From Dethiobacteria bacterium (GTDB lineage: Bacteria; Bacillota; Dethiobacteria; DTU022; UBA8154): a stretch of 64,000 nucleotides of DNA. A model generated the notes under the pieces. That model searched no databases and was not told the DNA's origin. It saw nothing but the letters and a program-made list of their open reading frames with translations. Within the stretch, counting starts at the first letter, position 1. The number at the start of each line of letters is the position of its first letter. This document shows positions 44,967 to 54,260 of the stretch, in pieces. A program made the position numbers and the translations under genes. The stretch covers positions 11,673 to 75,672 of the forward strand of contig JBMNEO010000001.1 in the NCBI GenBank assembly GCA_050948825.1, in the 5' to 3' direction.

Positions 44967-45001
44967 GTTACCTGCCCCCTGGGAAACAGGGGGCAGGTAA
45001 C
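44967..45001. other. Perfect 15-bp-stem hairpin (GTTACCTGCCCCCTG-ggaaa-CAGGGGGCAGGTAAC) between the two flp genes
   Basis: Seen directly. It lacks a 3' U-tract on the minus strand. It probably acts as a stability/attenuation element, as is common downstream of major pilin genes. Confidence 0.5.
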
Positions 45002-45091
45002 AAAAGCTTATCTTTAAGAATTTAGCTATACTAATCTACTTCGCACGCTCCCGTCTAATCCTTTGTAATTTCTCAAAAACTATTAATTTCA

Positions 45092-45211
45092 TCACCCAAT
45101 AGTTCCTAGCACCCCAATAACCGCCACCGCAATCAACACCAGGATCAAGGCGTATTCCGCCAGGCCCTGTCCTTCCTCGTCCCTGACCAATCTGGAAATC
45201 ATTTTCAGCAT
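45092..45211 (-). CDS. flp: Flp-family pilin (40 aa), first gene of the Tad operon
   Basis: Not in the ORF track. MLKMISRLVRDEEGQGLAEYALILVLIAVAVIGVLGTIG*. It has the Flp motif GQGLAEYALIL and a perfect AAGGAGG RBS. Confidence 0.7.
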   Translation of the reverse strand: MLKMISRLVRDEEGQGLAEYALILVLIAVAVIGVLGTIG

Positions 45212-45356
45212 TTCTTTTACCTCCTTAATTCTTATTGTTCATTGACAAAACAAGCGAGAAAATAACCCTCCATTAAAACCTGCCCTTGCTTTAATAACCT
45301 GCTTTTTCCCCCACGCTACACCTCCTTAAAGTGGTTTTCTAACTGGAGTAAGTTTA

Positions 45357-45833
45357 TTAGTCCATTGAGGAACACTCATTATCCGGACACAGAATCAGGT
45401 GAAACAAACCCCTGTAACAGGCCCCCACCAGCGCTTCGGCCTCCTCGGGGTAAACAGCTAGCGTTACCGCAGTTTGATGCTCTCCGGTTTCTTCTTCCGC
45501 CTCCCCGGAAGAGAGCACGAGGGCATTTTTTGCGGCGGTGTAGACCGGGGGCGGTTCACCGTTGCCGCGGTCAATCGCAACAAGCACGTCCACCCGGGCG
45601 CCGCAGCTCATATACCTGGACAAACCGGATAATTTATTTACCGGGATGGATATGCCGCGCATCTTCTTGGGAATCAGGCTGGAGAGGTTTCTTTCCGGAT
45701 TTGTTTCCGCTAGAGGCGGGTCAACTTCATTTTCCCGCTGCTCATCCCGAACCTCATTTTTAACCTCATCTGCAACCTCTTCTTCAACCTCCGGCTCCTC
45801 TTCAGCTTCCCGGACCGGAAGGGGTTCCACCAA
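45357..45833 (-). CDS. CpaB/RcpC C-terminal-domain-only protein with an acidic N-terminal segment (TTG start). A fragment or remnant of a second CpaB.
   Basis: ..RGISIPVNKLSGLSRYMSCGARVDVLVAIDRGNGEPPPVYTAAKNALVLSSG..TAVTLAVYPEEAEALVGACYRGLFHLIL aligns with residues ~127-235 of the CpaB at 41749..42492. It has no TM or SAF domain. Confidence 0.5.
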   Translation of the reverse strand: MVEPLPVREAEEEPEVEEEVADEVKNEVRDEQRENEVDPPLAETNPERNLSSLIPKKMRGISIPVNKLSGLSRYMSCGARVDVLVAIDRGNGEPPPVYTAAKNALVLSSGEAEEETGEHQTAVTLAVYPEEAEALVGACYRGLFHLILCPDNECSSMD

Positions 45834-45860
45834 AGTTGCGCTATGCGGTCAACAGTATCT

Positions 45861-47975
45861 TCACGGGGATAGATCGCTATGTTGCCTTCCCCGAAAGAAG
45901 CCGGAGACAGCGGAGGAGATGCTGGAGGACTGCTCGCCGGCGGAAATATCCCTCCGGACAGCGGAACTAATGAGCACCAATCTGTTTTCCCTGTTACCCT
46001 GCCTGTCAAACTCACTTCTGCTTTGGCTGAAATATTCTTTTCCTTCCGTTTTAACCGGATGATCTGTTTCCACTTCAGCCGGCTCATTTGGATCAACTGC
46101 GTTATTTAGATTAGCTTCTGGATTAACTTCTTCTTCTGGATCAACTGCTTCATCTGTCTCATCAATGTCATTAGCATCATAAGTATTATCAATATCATCA
46201 ATATCATCAATATCATCAATATCATCTATTTGATCAGTATCATCAGTATCATCTGTTACATCCAGATAATCTGTATCATCGTCTATTGCCCCCGAATAAC
46301 TTGTTTCCTCTGTATAACTTGTTTTATACATATAATTTGTTTCATTTAATACATCAGCTTCATCCATATCATCTGTTCCATCTGTTTCATAGGCTTCGTA
46401 TGTTTCATAAGCTTCATCTATCTCGCCCATTTCATCCAGATCTTCCAGATCATCCAGATCCTCAAGATCTTTTTTTTCTTTTATTTCCCCGATCATTTCA
46501 TCTGATCCGGCCACCCCATCATCTTCATGTAAATATTTCGCCTCTTCAGCAAGCGGCTCCACTGGCGGCTCTTTTTCCTCCACTTCTTCCTGTTCGCGGG
46601 GTTGCTGTGCCTGGTATTTCTCCTGTAAGCCTTCAATGCAGTCCGCCTCACCGCAAGCCCTCAACTTATCAATACATCTGGGGGTTGTCCCCGTGTATTT
46701 ATGCTCGCCCTGGACCATCCCGCTCTCGTTCAGACCGTCCTGCTGAAAGACAAAGATATCCTGCAGGGTTATATGGTCTTTCTCCATTCCCACCACTTCG
46801 CTAATCCTGGTTATTTTGCGCGTCCCGTCGCTGAAACGGGACTGCTGGATAATCAGCTCTATGGCAGAACTTATCTGCTCTCTGACAGCGGGCAGGGGAA
46901 GGTCCATACCGGCCATCAGCACCATGGTTTCCATACGAGTCAGCGCCTCACGGGGATTATTTGCGTGCAGGGTGGATATAGAACCATCGTGTCCTGTATT
47001 CATGGCCTGCAGCATGTCAAGCGTTTCAGCCCCTCTGACCTCTCCGACCACGATGCGATCCGGCCTCATGCGCAGGGAATTGATCACCAGTTCCCTAATC
47101 GTATACTGTCCCCTGCCTTCAATGTTGGCCGGGCGGCTCTCCAGGGTAACGACGTGATCCTGCTGTAGTTGTAGCTCGGCTGTATCTTCGATAGTAATTA
47201 TCCTTTCGTGATCGGGTATGAAACTTGAAAGCACATTCAGGGTGGTCGTCTTACCGCTGCCGGTCCCGCCGGAGACGATAATATTGACGCGCGACCTCAC
47301 GCAGGCCTTGAGAAACATAACCATCTCCTCTGTCATCGTTCCCAGTTCTAATAAGTCTTCCACGGTAAAGGGATCAGCAGCAAATTTTCGGATCGTCAGT
47401 GACGGCCCCTTGAGGGCCAGGGGCGGAATAATGGCATTTACGCGTGAGCCGTCCGGCAAGCGGGCATCTACCGTCGGTGAACTCTCGTCAATCCTCCTGC
47501 CCAAGGGGGTGATGATTTTATTAATAACGTGTAGAACATGCTCGTTATTCCGGAAAGTAACCTCCGTCTTGGCAATTCTGCCGTCCCGCTCCACATAGAC
47601 ATTATCATAGCCGTTCACCATAATTTCAGTAACGGCAGGATCATCGAGCAGCGAATTTATCGGGCCATAACCAAATATCTCATCGCAGACGTATTGAATT
47701 ACTTTTTGCTTGTCGCTCTGTGAAAGATGAAGGCTGCTCTCTTCCAGTACCGCTACCAGTGTATCGTAAATCTGCTCCGTGAACTGCCTCATTTGGAATG
47801 AGTCGAGCTTTTCTAGCACCAGCTTATCGTCTACTGAATCTATAACCTTTGTTAAGGTTTTGGATGCAATCTCTTCCAGCTCTTTTTTCCTGTCTGTGAT
47901 ATTATTTGATGAGGGTTCCCTGCTAAGCAGCTGCGGTCTCTTCCCATTGAACCTTAATTGCTGTTTTGGAAACAT
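45861..47975 (-). CDS. Second CpaF/TadA-family ATPase carrying a ~300-aa C-terminal acidic low-complexity extension with (DID)n and ETYEAY repeats. It lies immediately downstream of a c-di-GMP riboswitch.
   Basis: The start is set at MFPKQQLRF.. with a GGGTGGG RBS. The ORF track start at 48101 would overlap the riboswitch. The core is ..IIVSGGTGSGKTTTLNVLSSFIPDHERIITIEDTAELQL..GHDGSISTLHAN... The tail is ..DDTDDTDQIDDIDDIDDIDDIDNTYD... The last ~40 codons look out of frame. Confidence 0.75.
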   Translation of the reverse strand: MFPKQQLRFNGKRPQLLSREPSSNNITDRKKELEEIASKTLTKVIDSVDDKLVLEKLDSFQMRQFTEQIYDTLVAVLEESSLHLSQSDKQKVIQYVCDEIFGYGPINSLLDDPAVTEIMVNGYDNVYVERDGRIAKTEVTFRNNEHVLHVINKIITPLGRRIDESSPTVDARLPDGSRVNAIIPPLALKGPSLTIRKFAADPFTVEDLLELGTMTEEMVMFLKACVRSRVNIIVSGGTGSGKTTTLNVLSSFIPDHERIITIEDTAELQLQQDHVVTLESRPANIEGRGQYTIRELVINSLRMRPDRIVVGEVRGAETLDMLQAMNTGHDGSISTLHANNPREALTRMETMVLMAGMDLPLPAVREQISSAIELIIQQSRFSDGTRKITRISEVVGMEKDHITLQDIFVFQQDGLNESGMVQGEHKYTGTTPRCIDKLRACGEADCIEGLQEKYQAQQPREQEEVEEKEPPVEPLAEEAKYLHEDDGVAGSDEMIGEIKEKKDLEDLDDLEDLDEMGEIDEAYETYEAYETDGTDDMDEADVLNETNYMYKTSYTEETSYSGAIDDDTDYLDVTDDTDDTDQIDDIDDIDDIDDIDNTYDANDIDETDEAVDPEEEVNPEANLNNAVDPNEPAEVETDHPVKTEGKEYFSQSRSEFDRQGNRENRLVLISSAVRRDISAGEQSSSISSAVSGFFRGRQHSDLSP

Positions 47976-47999
47976 TTTTATCCCACCCTTATTCTGAGA

Positions 48000-48036
48000 A
48001 ATCAGGAAAACAAATACCCGGCGCCGGCGCCGGGAT
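48000..48036 (-). terminator. Intrinsic terminator forming the expression platform of the riboswitch upstream of the cpaF paralogue
   Basis: On the minus strand, CCCGGCGCCGGCGCCGGG is followed by UAUUUGUUUUCC. It lies between the aptamer and the RBS. Confidence 0.6.
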
Positions 48037-48059
48037 GCACGAATAAGGATTATAAAAAT

Positions 48060-48180
48060 CCCGTCTTCGGCAACCTGGCAATCATGGCCCACTAAGATCA
48101 TGCTAAGATCATGTTACTGAAGGCTTTAGACCCATGGCTTTGCGTCCCTGCCTTTCGACAGGTTTGCCTTTATCGGTCAG
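48060..48180 (-). promoter_or_regulatory. c-di-GMP-I (GEMM) riboswitch aptamer
   Basis: The minus strand reads CUGACCGAUAAAGGCAAACCUGUCGAAAGGCAGGGACGCAAAGCCAUGGGUCUAAAGCC...GCCAGGUUGCCGAAGACGGG. It has GGCAAACC, a GAAA tetraloop and GGGACGCAAAGCC, matching the canonical Vc2-type aptamer. Confidence 0.85.
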
Positions 48181-48192
48181 GAAAATGTCTCC

Positions 48193-49470
48193 TCACCTGA
48201 TAATTAAATCATGGTTTTTAAATGAGTTTGTATAGTATTTTGATTCGGGAGTATTTCTGTAAAAGATCTGATTAGACATCTCCAACGCACTGAGATAGCA
48301 CTCCCTAACGTCAATCTCCGCAAGTTCCAGCAGCGTTGTCTTGATCGCCAGCTGCTCCCAGTCACCCGATTCATAAGCTAAGATCAGTTCATAAACATCC
48401 TTGAATCTGCTTTTGCCGCCCAGCAGCGCAAGTTTGATATCATCGGATATTGGAAGCTCTGCTAATATGTCGGGCAGAGGCCGGTCGAGAAAAGCGTCGA
48501 TGAGAGAAAACATACCCATCAGGAAAAGATCCGGGCTGCGGTCCTTCAGGCCAACTCTGGGTGCAATCAGCTCACAAAACCTTGCCCTGCAGATCGCCGT
48601 GATAATAAGCTCGTCCGGCTTGTTATCGCCTATGCCTCTTAAAGCAATAAGGGAAAGCCATTTACTGAGTTCTTTCTGTCCTAAAAGAACAAGCGCCTGC
48701 TTAATGGAGCGGATTTCATTCCTGAAACCAAAGGATAACGAGTTGATAAACTTGAGCAACTTGTATGAAAGAGAAACATCCATTTTTATATAGTCTTCAA
48801 TCCGGTCAAAATCCAGATCCTGCTTGTTGACTTCCTGCAGTATTTTCAGGTAGATGAGCTTGAAGCTGGGGATATCTTTTCCGCTAAGAATAAGGGGTTT
48901 GCTGAAAAAATACCCCTGGAAGTAAGAATAACCCATCTCCAATGCTTGATTAAATTCATCCCTGGTCTCCACTTTTTGCGCCAGAAAATGTATTTTATGT
49001 TTGCCAACCCTCTGAACGATCGCTTCTCTTTCTTTCTTTTGGGTTTTCAAAAAATCCACTTTGATAATATCAACCAGATCTATCAGCGGCAATAATTTGT
49101 TATTGTAGCTAAAATCGTCCAGCGCCAGATAGTAGCCCAGCTCCTTCAACTTTCTGCAGGCGTTTAAAGTTTTTTCGTCCAGCTCAATATCCTGCAGGAT
49201 CTCTATAACAATGGCCTCATTGGGTAGAAGGGTGGCCACATCATTTTCCAGCAGGTTTTTGGTAAAATTTATGAAAGCCTTTTTGCCCCTGGTAAGCGTT
49301 TCCAGACCAATAAGCAGAAAGCTGTTGGTAATAACCTCAAAAGAAGCCTGGTCTCCGTTTAAAGTGGAATAAAATTTGTTAACCCCGGAACGATACAGGA
49401 GCTCGTAGGCAAACACTTCCTGATTTCGATTAAAGATTGGCTGTCTGGCCACATATATCTCCATATCCAT
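48193..49470 (-). CDS. EAL-domain + HDOD-domain protein (c-di-GMP phosphodiesterase-like / signalling)
   Basis: ..QPIFNRNQEVFAYELLYR.. is the EAL motif region. ..ALDDFSYNNK..IIKVD.. then an HDOD-like C-terminal half (..ALVLLGQKELSKWLSLIAL..). The start is at MDMEIY with a GGAAGAGGGG RBS. The ORF track extends to 49551. Confidence 0.7.
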   Translation of the reverse strand: MDMEIYVARQPIFNRNQEVFAYELLYRSGVNKFYSTLNGDQASFEVITNSFLLIGLETLTRGKKAFINFTKNLLENDVATLLPNEAIVIEILQDIELDEKTLNACRKLKELGYYLALDDFSYNNKLLPLIDLVDIIKVDFLKTQKKEREAIVQRVGKHKIHFLAQKVETRDEFNQALEMGYSYFQGYFFSKPLILSGKDIPSFKLIYLKILQEVNKQDLDFDRIEDYIKMDVSLSYKLLKFINSLSFGFRNEIRSIKQALVLLGQKELSKWLSLIALRGIGDNKPDELIITAICRARFCELIAPRVGLKDRSPDLFLMGMFSLIDAFLDRPLPDILAELPISDDIKLALLGGKSRFKDVYELILAYESGDWEQLAIKTTLLELAEIDVRECYLSALEMSNQIFYRNTPESKYYTNSFKNHDLIIR

Positions 49471-49557
49471 GGGTTTAATCCCCTCTTCCTTTCTCTTCTT
49501 TCTCCTTACAAGTCTCTTACACGGGCCTTCTACAGGCTTCTTGCAGGGCAAGATAAT

Positions 49558-50760
49558 TTAACGTCCTACAAGTTCCTCCTCCCAGATAACAGAGAGGCGG
49601 GAGCCTTTATAACGTACCTTCAGGGGGATATCCTCATAGTTTTGTGCTAAATGACTTGCCTGCGGCAGAGAGCCGAAGTATTTCATATTTCCGCTGTGGA
49701 TATCCATAGTGGGGTCGGCGGGAACCCAGCCGCTCCCGTCGAGGAAAAATTCAACCCAGCTGTGCCGGTAACCCTGCAGAGGGAACCTCTCCCCGGGGGA
49801 AAGGTTCCAGATGTCTCCCGTACCTTTGGGGTCACAGTAGCCGTTTATCACCCTGGCCGGGATCCCTGACGCGCGGCAGAGCGCGGCAAAAAGGGAAGCA
49901 TAGTCCTCACATACCCCTGAACCGTTGCGTAAAGCTGTTAGCGCCCCCCCATTGCGTGAGCTTGAATTGAGATCGTATTTCAAATATGTAATGACAAAGC
50001 TGCAAATGGCACGCGCCTTTTCAAGATCTGTTTTACACGCTGACGTAAGCTCGCGCGCTTTTCTTACAATATCGGGATGGTTGCTCTCAATTTTTTCGGA
50101 AGCTCCCAGGAAATTTTGAGGAAATAGGTTGTTATGATAATTGTTTGCCATCAATTGTTTCAGGTTTAACGGGTAAACATTCAAGAAGTATTCCAGGGTT
50201 ATCGTATCACCGGCCCCTGGACGCAGTGAATCCAGCTGAAAAACAGCAATGCGGTTGTTATTGCTCAGCCGCTTAACTTCAACCGGTTTGTGACTGAAGG
50301 TTTCTTTGGCGACTTCCTGGTATGGGGAGTCAAGCTCGGCCAGCAGGGGGATTTCCAGCCGGATGTTTGAGGCTGTATCGCTGCCTTTGTTTTTTACCAC
50401 GATGTTCACGCGCAGACTTCTGCCGTAAGCATGGCCGGAAGAATACGTTTTGACTGCAGGGTACGGCAGGGCACCGGCAGCATCAGGAAGAACGTTATCC
50501 GCTTCTGATCCGAAAATCTCGGAAGGATCTTCTTTAGGATCTTCTTTCCCCGCTGTTGCAGCCGGGGTAAAAGAATCATCTTTCCCCGTCGCTGCAAGCG
50601 TGGCCTGCGGAGGTTCATACCGGTACACATTATCCTTGCCAACCTGAACTTTTTCCTGGGAATAAGGATTGAAAAAAGTTAAAACCAGCAGCAGGATAAA
50701 AATAATAATTAGGGCAATAACAAGTAATTTTTCGGTCAGTATTTCTGATTTGCCATTCAT
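49558..50760 (-). CDS. Membrane-anchored transglutaminase-like cysteine-protease-domain protein, downstream of a c-di-GMP riboswitch
   Basis: N-terminal TM. The transglutaminase core is ..NGSGVCEDYASLFAALCRASGIPARVINGY..GYRHSWVEFFLDGSGWVPADPT, giving Cys, His and Asp. The start is at the ATG at 50760. The TTG at 50787 used in the ORF track lies inside the terminator hairpin. Confidence 0.7.
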   Translation of the reverse strand: MNGKSEILTEKLLVIALIIIFILLLVLTFFNPYSQEKVQVGKDNVYRYEPPQATLAATGKDDSFTPAATAGKEDPKEDPSEIFGSEADNVLPDAAGALPYPAVKTYSSGHAYGRSLRVNIVVKNKGSDTASNIRLEIPLLAELDSPYQEVAKETFSHKPVEVKRLSNNNRIAVFQLDSLRPGAGDTITLEYFLNVYPLNLKQLMANNYHNNLFPQNFLGASEKIESNHPDIVRKARELTSACKTDLEKARAICSFVITYLKYDLNSSSRNGGALTALRNGSGVCEDYASLFAALCRASGIPARVINGYCDPKGTGDIWNLSPGERFPLQGYRHSWVEFFLDGSGWVPADPTMDIHSGNMKYFGSLPQASHLAQNYEDIPLKVRYKGSRLSVIWEEELVGR

Positions 50761-50784
50761 GCCTGTCCCCCCGGGAGGGACCGA

Positions 50785-50815
50785 CAAACCGAAAAACCCC
50801 GGCCAGGCCGGGGAT
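50785..50815 (-). terminator. Intrinsic terminator (riboswitch expression platform) upstream of the transglutaminase-like gene
   Basis: On the minus strand, CCCCGGCCUGGCCGGGG is followed by UUUUUCGGUUUG. Confidence 0.65.
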
Positions 50816-50861
50816 CAGGGGATTAAAGTACTAATATAGTACATTATAGGAGAAAAAGACA

Positions 50862-50966
50862 AAATCCCTGTCTTCGGCAACCTGGCGATCTTAGCCCCTC
50901 ATTACAGAGCTTTAGACCCATGGCTTTGCGCCCCACCCTTTCGGGATGGTTTGCCTTTGTCGGTCA
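50862..50966 (-). promoter_or_regulatory. c-di-GMP-I (GEMM) riboswitch aptamer
   Basis: The minus strand reads CUGACCGACAAAGGCAAACCAUCCCGAAAGGGUGGGGCGCAAAGCCAUGGGUCUAAAGCUCUGUAAUGAGGGGCUAAGAUCGCCAGGUUGCCGAAGACAGGG. It is nearly identical in its core to 48060..48180. Confidence 0.85.
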
Positions 50967-51085
50967 GGATGTAAAATCCTTCCCTTAATTATTGGTAATT
51001 TTTTCTTCTTAATTCTTTATATCATAACTTAAATAAAAAGTAAATACCAAATATAAATATTTTTTGTGCTCAGGAGATAATTTTT

Positions 51086-52180
51086 TTAATTTTTCTGTAG
51101 ATATATGCTATTCGATGTATTTGCGCCTTGCCTGGCACCTCCCAGTGGCAGGTCTATTTTTAATGCAATCTCTGCCAATTCAGGGTCAAACTGGGTTCCC
51201 GCACAGCGTTTCAACTCCTCCCTGACCTGGGAAAGGGACTTTGCCCGGGCATAAGGGCGATCAGTGAGCATAGCGTCAACTGCATCCGCGACCGCAATTA
51301 TCCTTGAGCCCAGTGGAATCTGCAAACCGCTAATCCCGTCGGGATAGCCTGTCCCGTCGTATTTTTCATGGTGATGCCTGACAATGGGTACAGCATCTTT
51401 GAGAAACTCTACCGGGGAGATGATCTCGGCTCCGATGGCAGGGTGCTGTTTGACAATCTTGAACTCTTCAAAGGTCAGGCCGGAGGTTTTCCTGAGGATC
51501 TGCTCGGGTATGCCAATCTTTCCGATATCATGCAATATTGCCGCCTGCTGCAGCAAGTCCAGTTCTTTTGGTGCAAGCTTTAGCTCTTCCCCCAGTAAGA
51601 CGGAGTACCTGGCCACTCTCTCCTGGTGGCCTTTGGTATAGGAATCCTTGGCATCGATCGCCGCTACCAGGGAGCGTACCGTCTCCAGATAGTGTTTCTG
51701 GATGTTGTTGTAGGCATGCTCGATCTCGCCCCTCAGCGTCTCGTTGGTTACCTGTAGTTCGCTCAGCCGGTTTTTGATCGCCGTGGATGATTTCCGGCGG
51801 GAGAGGCCTTTTTCAACAACCTCTTTCACGGCGCTTATTTCAAACGGCTTGATCAGATAATCCAGCGCGCCGTTGCGCAGGGCATTGGTCGCCGTATCCA
51901 CGGACGCATAGGCGGTAATCATTACCACCTCTGTTTCCGGGGCCTTTTTTTTCACCTCCGCCAAAAGCTCAATTCCGCTGATATCGGGCATTCTGATATC
52001 GAGTATTACAAGATCAAATTCGGAGTTGTCCAGGTAATCAAGGGCCTGGTTACCGTTGCCCGCGGTAACGACATCATAGTCGTCCCGCAAAATCATACGC
52101 AACGCTTCTCTGGGGCCAAGTTCATCATCGACAACAAGTATCCTGGGTGCATTACTCACCTTTTTCTCCTCCTTCTTCAA
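51086..52180 (-). CDS. Response regulator with REC + HD-GYP domains (c-di-GMP phosphodiesterase, RpfG-like)
   Basis: REC: ..ILVVDDELGPREAL..DLVILDIRMPDISGIELL... HD: ..HQERVARYSVLL..AAILHDIGKIGIP... GYP: ..HHEKYDGTGYPDG... Confidence 0.8.
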   Translation of the reverse strand: MKKEEKKVSNAPRILVVDDELGPREALRMILRDDYDVVTAGNGNQALDYLDNSEFDLVILDIRMPDISGIELLAEVKKKAPETEVVMITAYASVDTATNALRNGALDYLIKPFEISAVKEVVEKGLSRRKSSTAIKNRLSELQVTNETLRGEIEHAYNNIQKHYLETVRSLVAAIDAKDSYTKGHQERVARYSVLLGEELKLAPKELDLLQQAAILHDIGKIGIPEQILRKTSGLTFEEFKIVKQHPAIGAEIISPVEFLKDAVPIVRHHHEKYDGTGYPDGISGLQIPLGSRIIAVADAVDAMLTDRPYARAKSLSQVREELKRCAGTQFDPELAEIALKIDLPLGGARQGANTSNSIYLQKN

Positions 52181-54260
52181 TAATTATCGGCAAAAATACC
52201 TCAATTTCAAGGTGTTTATTTTTCCTGCACTGCGCCTTGATCCGCCCCCCGTGGTCTTCGATTATTTTCCTGCTCACCGGCAGCCCCAGGGAGAGATATC
52301 CATTCAGGCGCATACTCAAGGGATCGAACAGCTTTCCCAAATCATCCTGCGCAACCGTGGTCTGAAAATCGCAGAACCCGATGCGGACCCCACCGTTCGT
52401 AAAGAGATTTTCCTCAAAGGAAGTATTGATCCGAATTGTTCCACCCTTTTCCAGTGCTTTGAAGGAATGTCGAAAAAGGTATGAAAATGCCCTGGCCAAA
52501 AGGGTTTTATCGGCCATGATGCTTAGACGTTCCCTGCAGTATGACGTCTCCACTGTGGTCTCCTGCCCTAGCCCCTGCTCTTGCAGCAGCAGGAGCCCCA
52601 GGTCCAAAATCTCATGAATATCGGCAACCGTATATTTGTATGAAAGGGGCGAAGAAAAGGCAATGAGCTGCTCCACCAGCTCATTTAACCGCTTAACCTC
52701 CTGGCGAACGGTATAGGTAAAATATTCGCGGAAAGAGCTGTCATCATATTTCTCCCTTAAAAGTTCAGAAAAAGTCTGAATGGCAACCATGGGGTTTTTT
52801 ATTTCATGCGCAAGCTGGCTGACAAATTTGTTGAGCACATCCAGCTGGTCGGATTGACGGCGTTCCAACTCAAGCTGTTTCCTTTCCGAGATATCATCAA
52901 AGATCATCACACTTCCCAGAACACCCCCCGCGGAATCGAGCAGCTGGAAAGTGCTTATTTCCAGGGGAACACGCCCCTTTGCCAGTGTATACTCCTCCTT
53001 TAAAATCTCCTTCCCCGTTGTTAAAGTTTCGTAAAGTAAATCTCCCAGAGGGCTGGGCAACAGACGCAGGTCTTTGCCCATCGTTTCTTCCCGGCAAATC
53101 TGGAGGAGAGCACTCGCACGGGAATTAAAAGTAATAACCCGGTTTTCGCTGTTTATAGCTACAACCCCGCTGTTCATGCGCTGCAGGATATTTTCAAAAT
53201 ATGCTTTCTGGTTAATTACCTGGTGGTGGAGATCAATATCCCGCAGAGCCAGTGCAACATTTCCGCAGAGGATATACAGTATCTCCAGCTCCGCAGCGAA
53301 AAAGGGGGCGCCGGTTACTTTGGGGCCCAGGTTTAAAGCCCCGAGCAGCTCACCGTGGGCGATAAGCGGAATAGAGACCTCCCCCTGGAGCATCAGCAGC
53401 TCCTGGAGCGCTTCGGCAGAGAGGTAATCTGCGGCATCAGATGTTTCAGCAGCGATAAAAATTCGGCCTTCATCAGTTAACCAGGAGATTAATCCCGAAG
53501 ATGGGCTGAAGCTTAAATCCGAGCAATAATGCGGGTCCAAACCCCTCTGCGCAAAGACAACATAATTGCCCTGGCCCTGGCCCCGGCCGCTGTTGTCTTT
53601 TAACAGGATGGAAATTTTTGCTGCGGAAACGAGCCCAACAACGGAATCCATAAATAGTTCCAGCAGGCGCTCACTATTAAAATTATTGCCCAGGGCCCTG
53701 GAAAAATCGCAGAGAATGCGCTCCTCCTGATTTACATATGACAACGGGCGGTAGCGATGCCTTTCACGGAAATATTCCCCAGGGTTAGTGGAAAAGGCCT
53801 TTTTCTGCAGATCCTGAGCGTTATAGCTTAGCTGAGCCCTTTCCCAGGCTTTATCGAGTATTTTCTTTACCTGGCCGGCATTACAGGATAAAGGGATAAA
53901 GTCGAAAAAACAGTTTTCAGGCAGCGCAGCCTGCCCCTGCTCTCCAACTGCCAGGTAAATTAAATCGGGACGCACCCGATGAGCGTTTTCTACCCAGGGG
54001 AGGGCTTTCTTACTTGAAAGATCGACTATAACAATTCCTGCAGGGATTTTTTTGATTAAGCGCAGCGCTGACGCATATTCCCTTTCCAGCAAAGAATAGT
54101 CCTCCGGAAGATAGTTTTTTATTGTACCGATAAGCTTGCTATTGCTGAATGACGCTAACAGAACCAGTCTCAACCTCTTCTCCCCCTCAATAGCCGGCAG
54201 CAGGAAGGTAGATTTCAAAAACAGTACCGGTGTTGTTGCTGAAAAACTGCACACTCCCAC
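52152..54260 (-). CDS. Cytoplasmic sensor histidine kinase (degenerate REC-like N-terminus, GAF, PAS, HisKA, HATPase)
   Basis: H-box is ..LAHEIKNPMVAIQTFSELL.. The ATPase region is ..GGTIRINTSFEEN..GLGLPVSRKIIEDHGGRI... The N-terminal 5' end overlaps the upstream kinase by 74 nt, so the true start is likely internal. Confidence 0.7.
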   Translation of the reverse strand: MGVCSFSATTPVLFLKSTFLLPAIEGEKRLRLVLLASFSNSKLIGTIKNYLPEDYSLLEREYASALRLIKKIPAGIVIVDLSSKKALPWVENAHRVRPDLIYLAVGEQGQAALPENCFFDFIPLSCNAGQVKKILDKAWERAQLSYNAQDLQKKAFSTNPGEYFRERHRYRPLSYVNQEERILCDFSRALGNNFNSERLLELFMDSVVGLVSAAKISILLKDNSGRGQGQGNYVVFAQRGLDPHYCSDLSFSPSSGLISWLTDEGRIFIAAETSDAADYLSAEALQELLMLQGEVSIPLIAHGELLGALNLGPKVTGAPFFAAELEILYILCGNVALALRDIDLHHQVINQKAYFENILQRMNSGVVAINSENRVITFNSRASALLQICREETMGKDLRLLPSPLGDLLYETLTTGKEILKEEYTLAKGRVPLEISTFQLLDSAGGVLGSVMIFDDISERKQLELERRQSDQLDVLNKFVSQLAHEIKNPMVAIQTFSELLREKYDDSSFREYFTYTVRQEVKRLNELVEQLIAFSSPLSYKYTVADIHEILDLGLLLLQEQGLGQETTVETSYCRERLSIMADKTLLARAFSYLFRHSFKALEKGGTIRINTSFEENLFTNGGVRIGFCDFQTTVAQDDLGKLFDPLSMRLNGYLSLGLPVSRKIIEDHGGRIKAQCRKNKHLEIEVFLPIIIEEGGEKGE

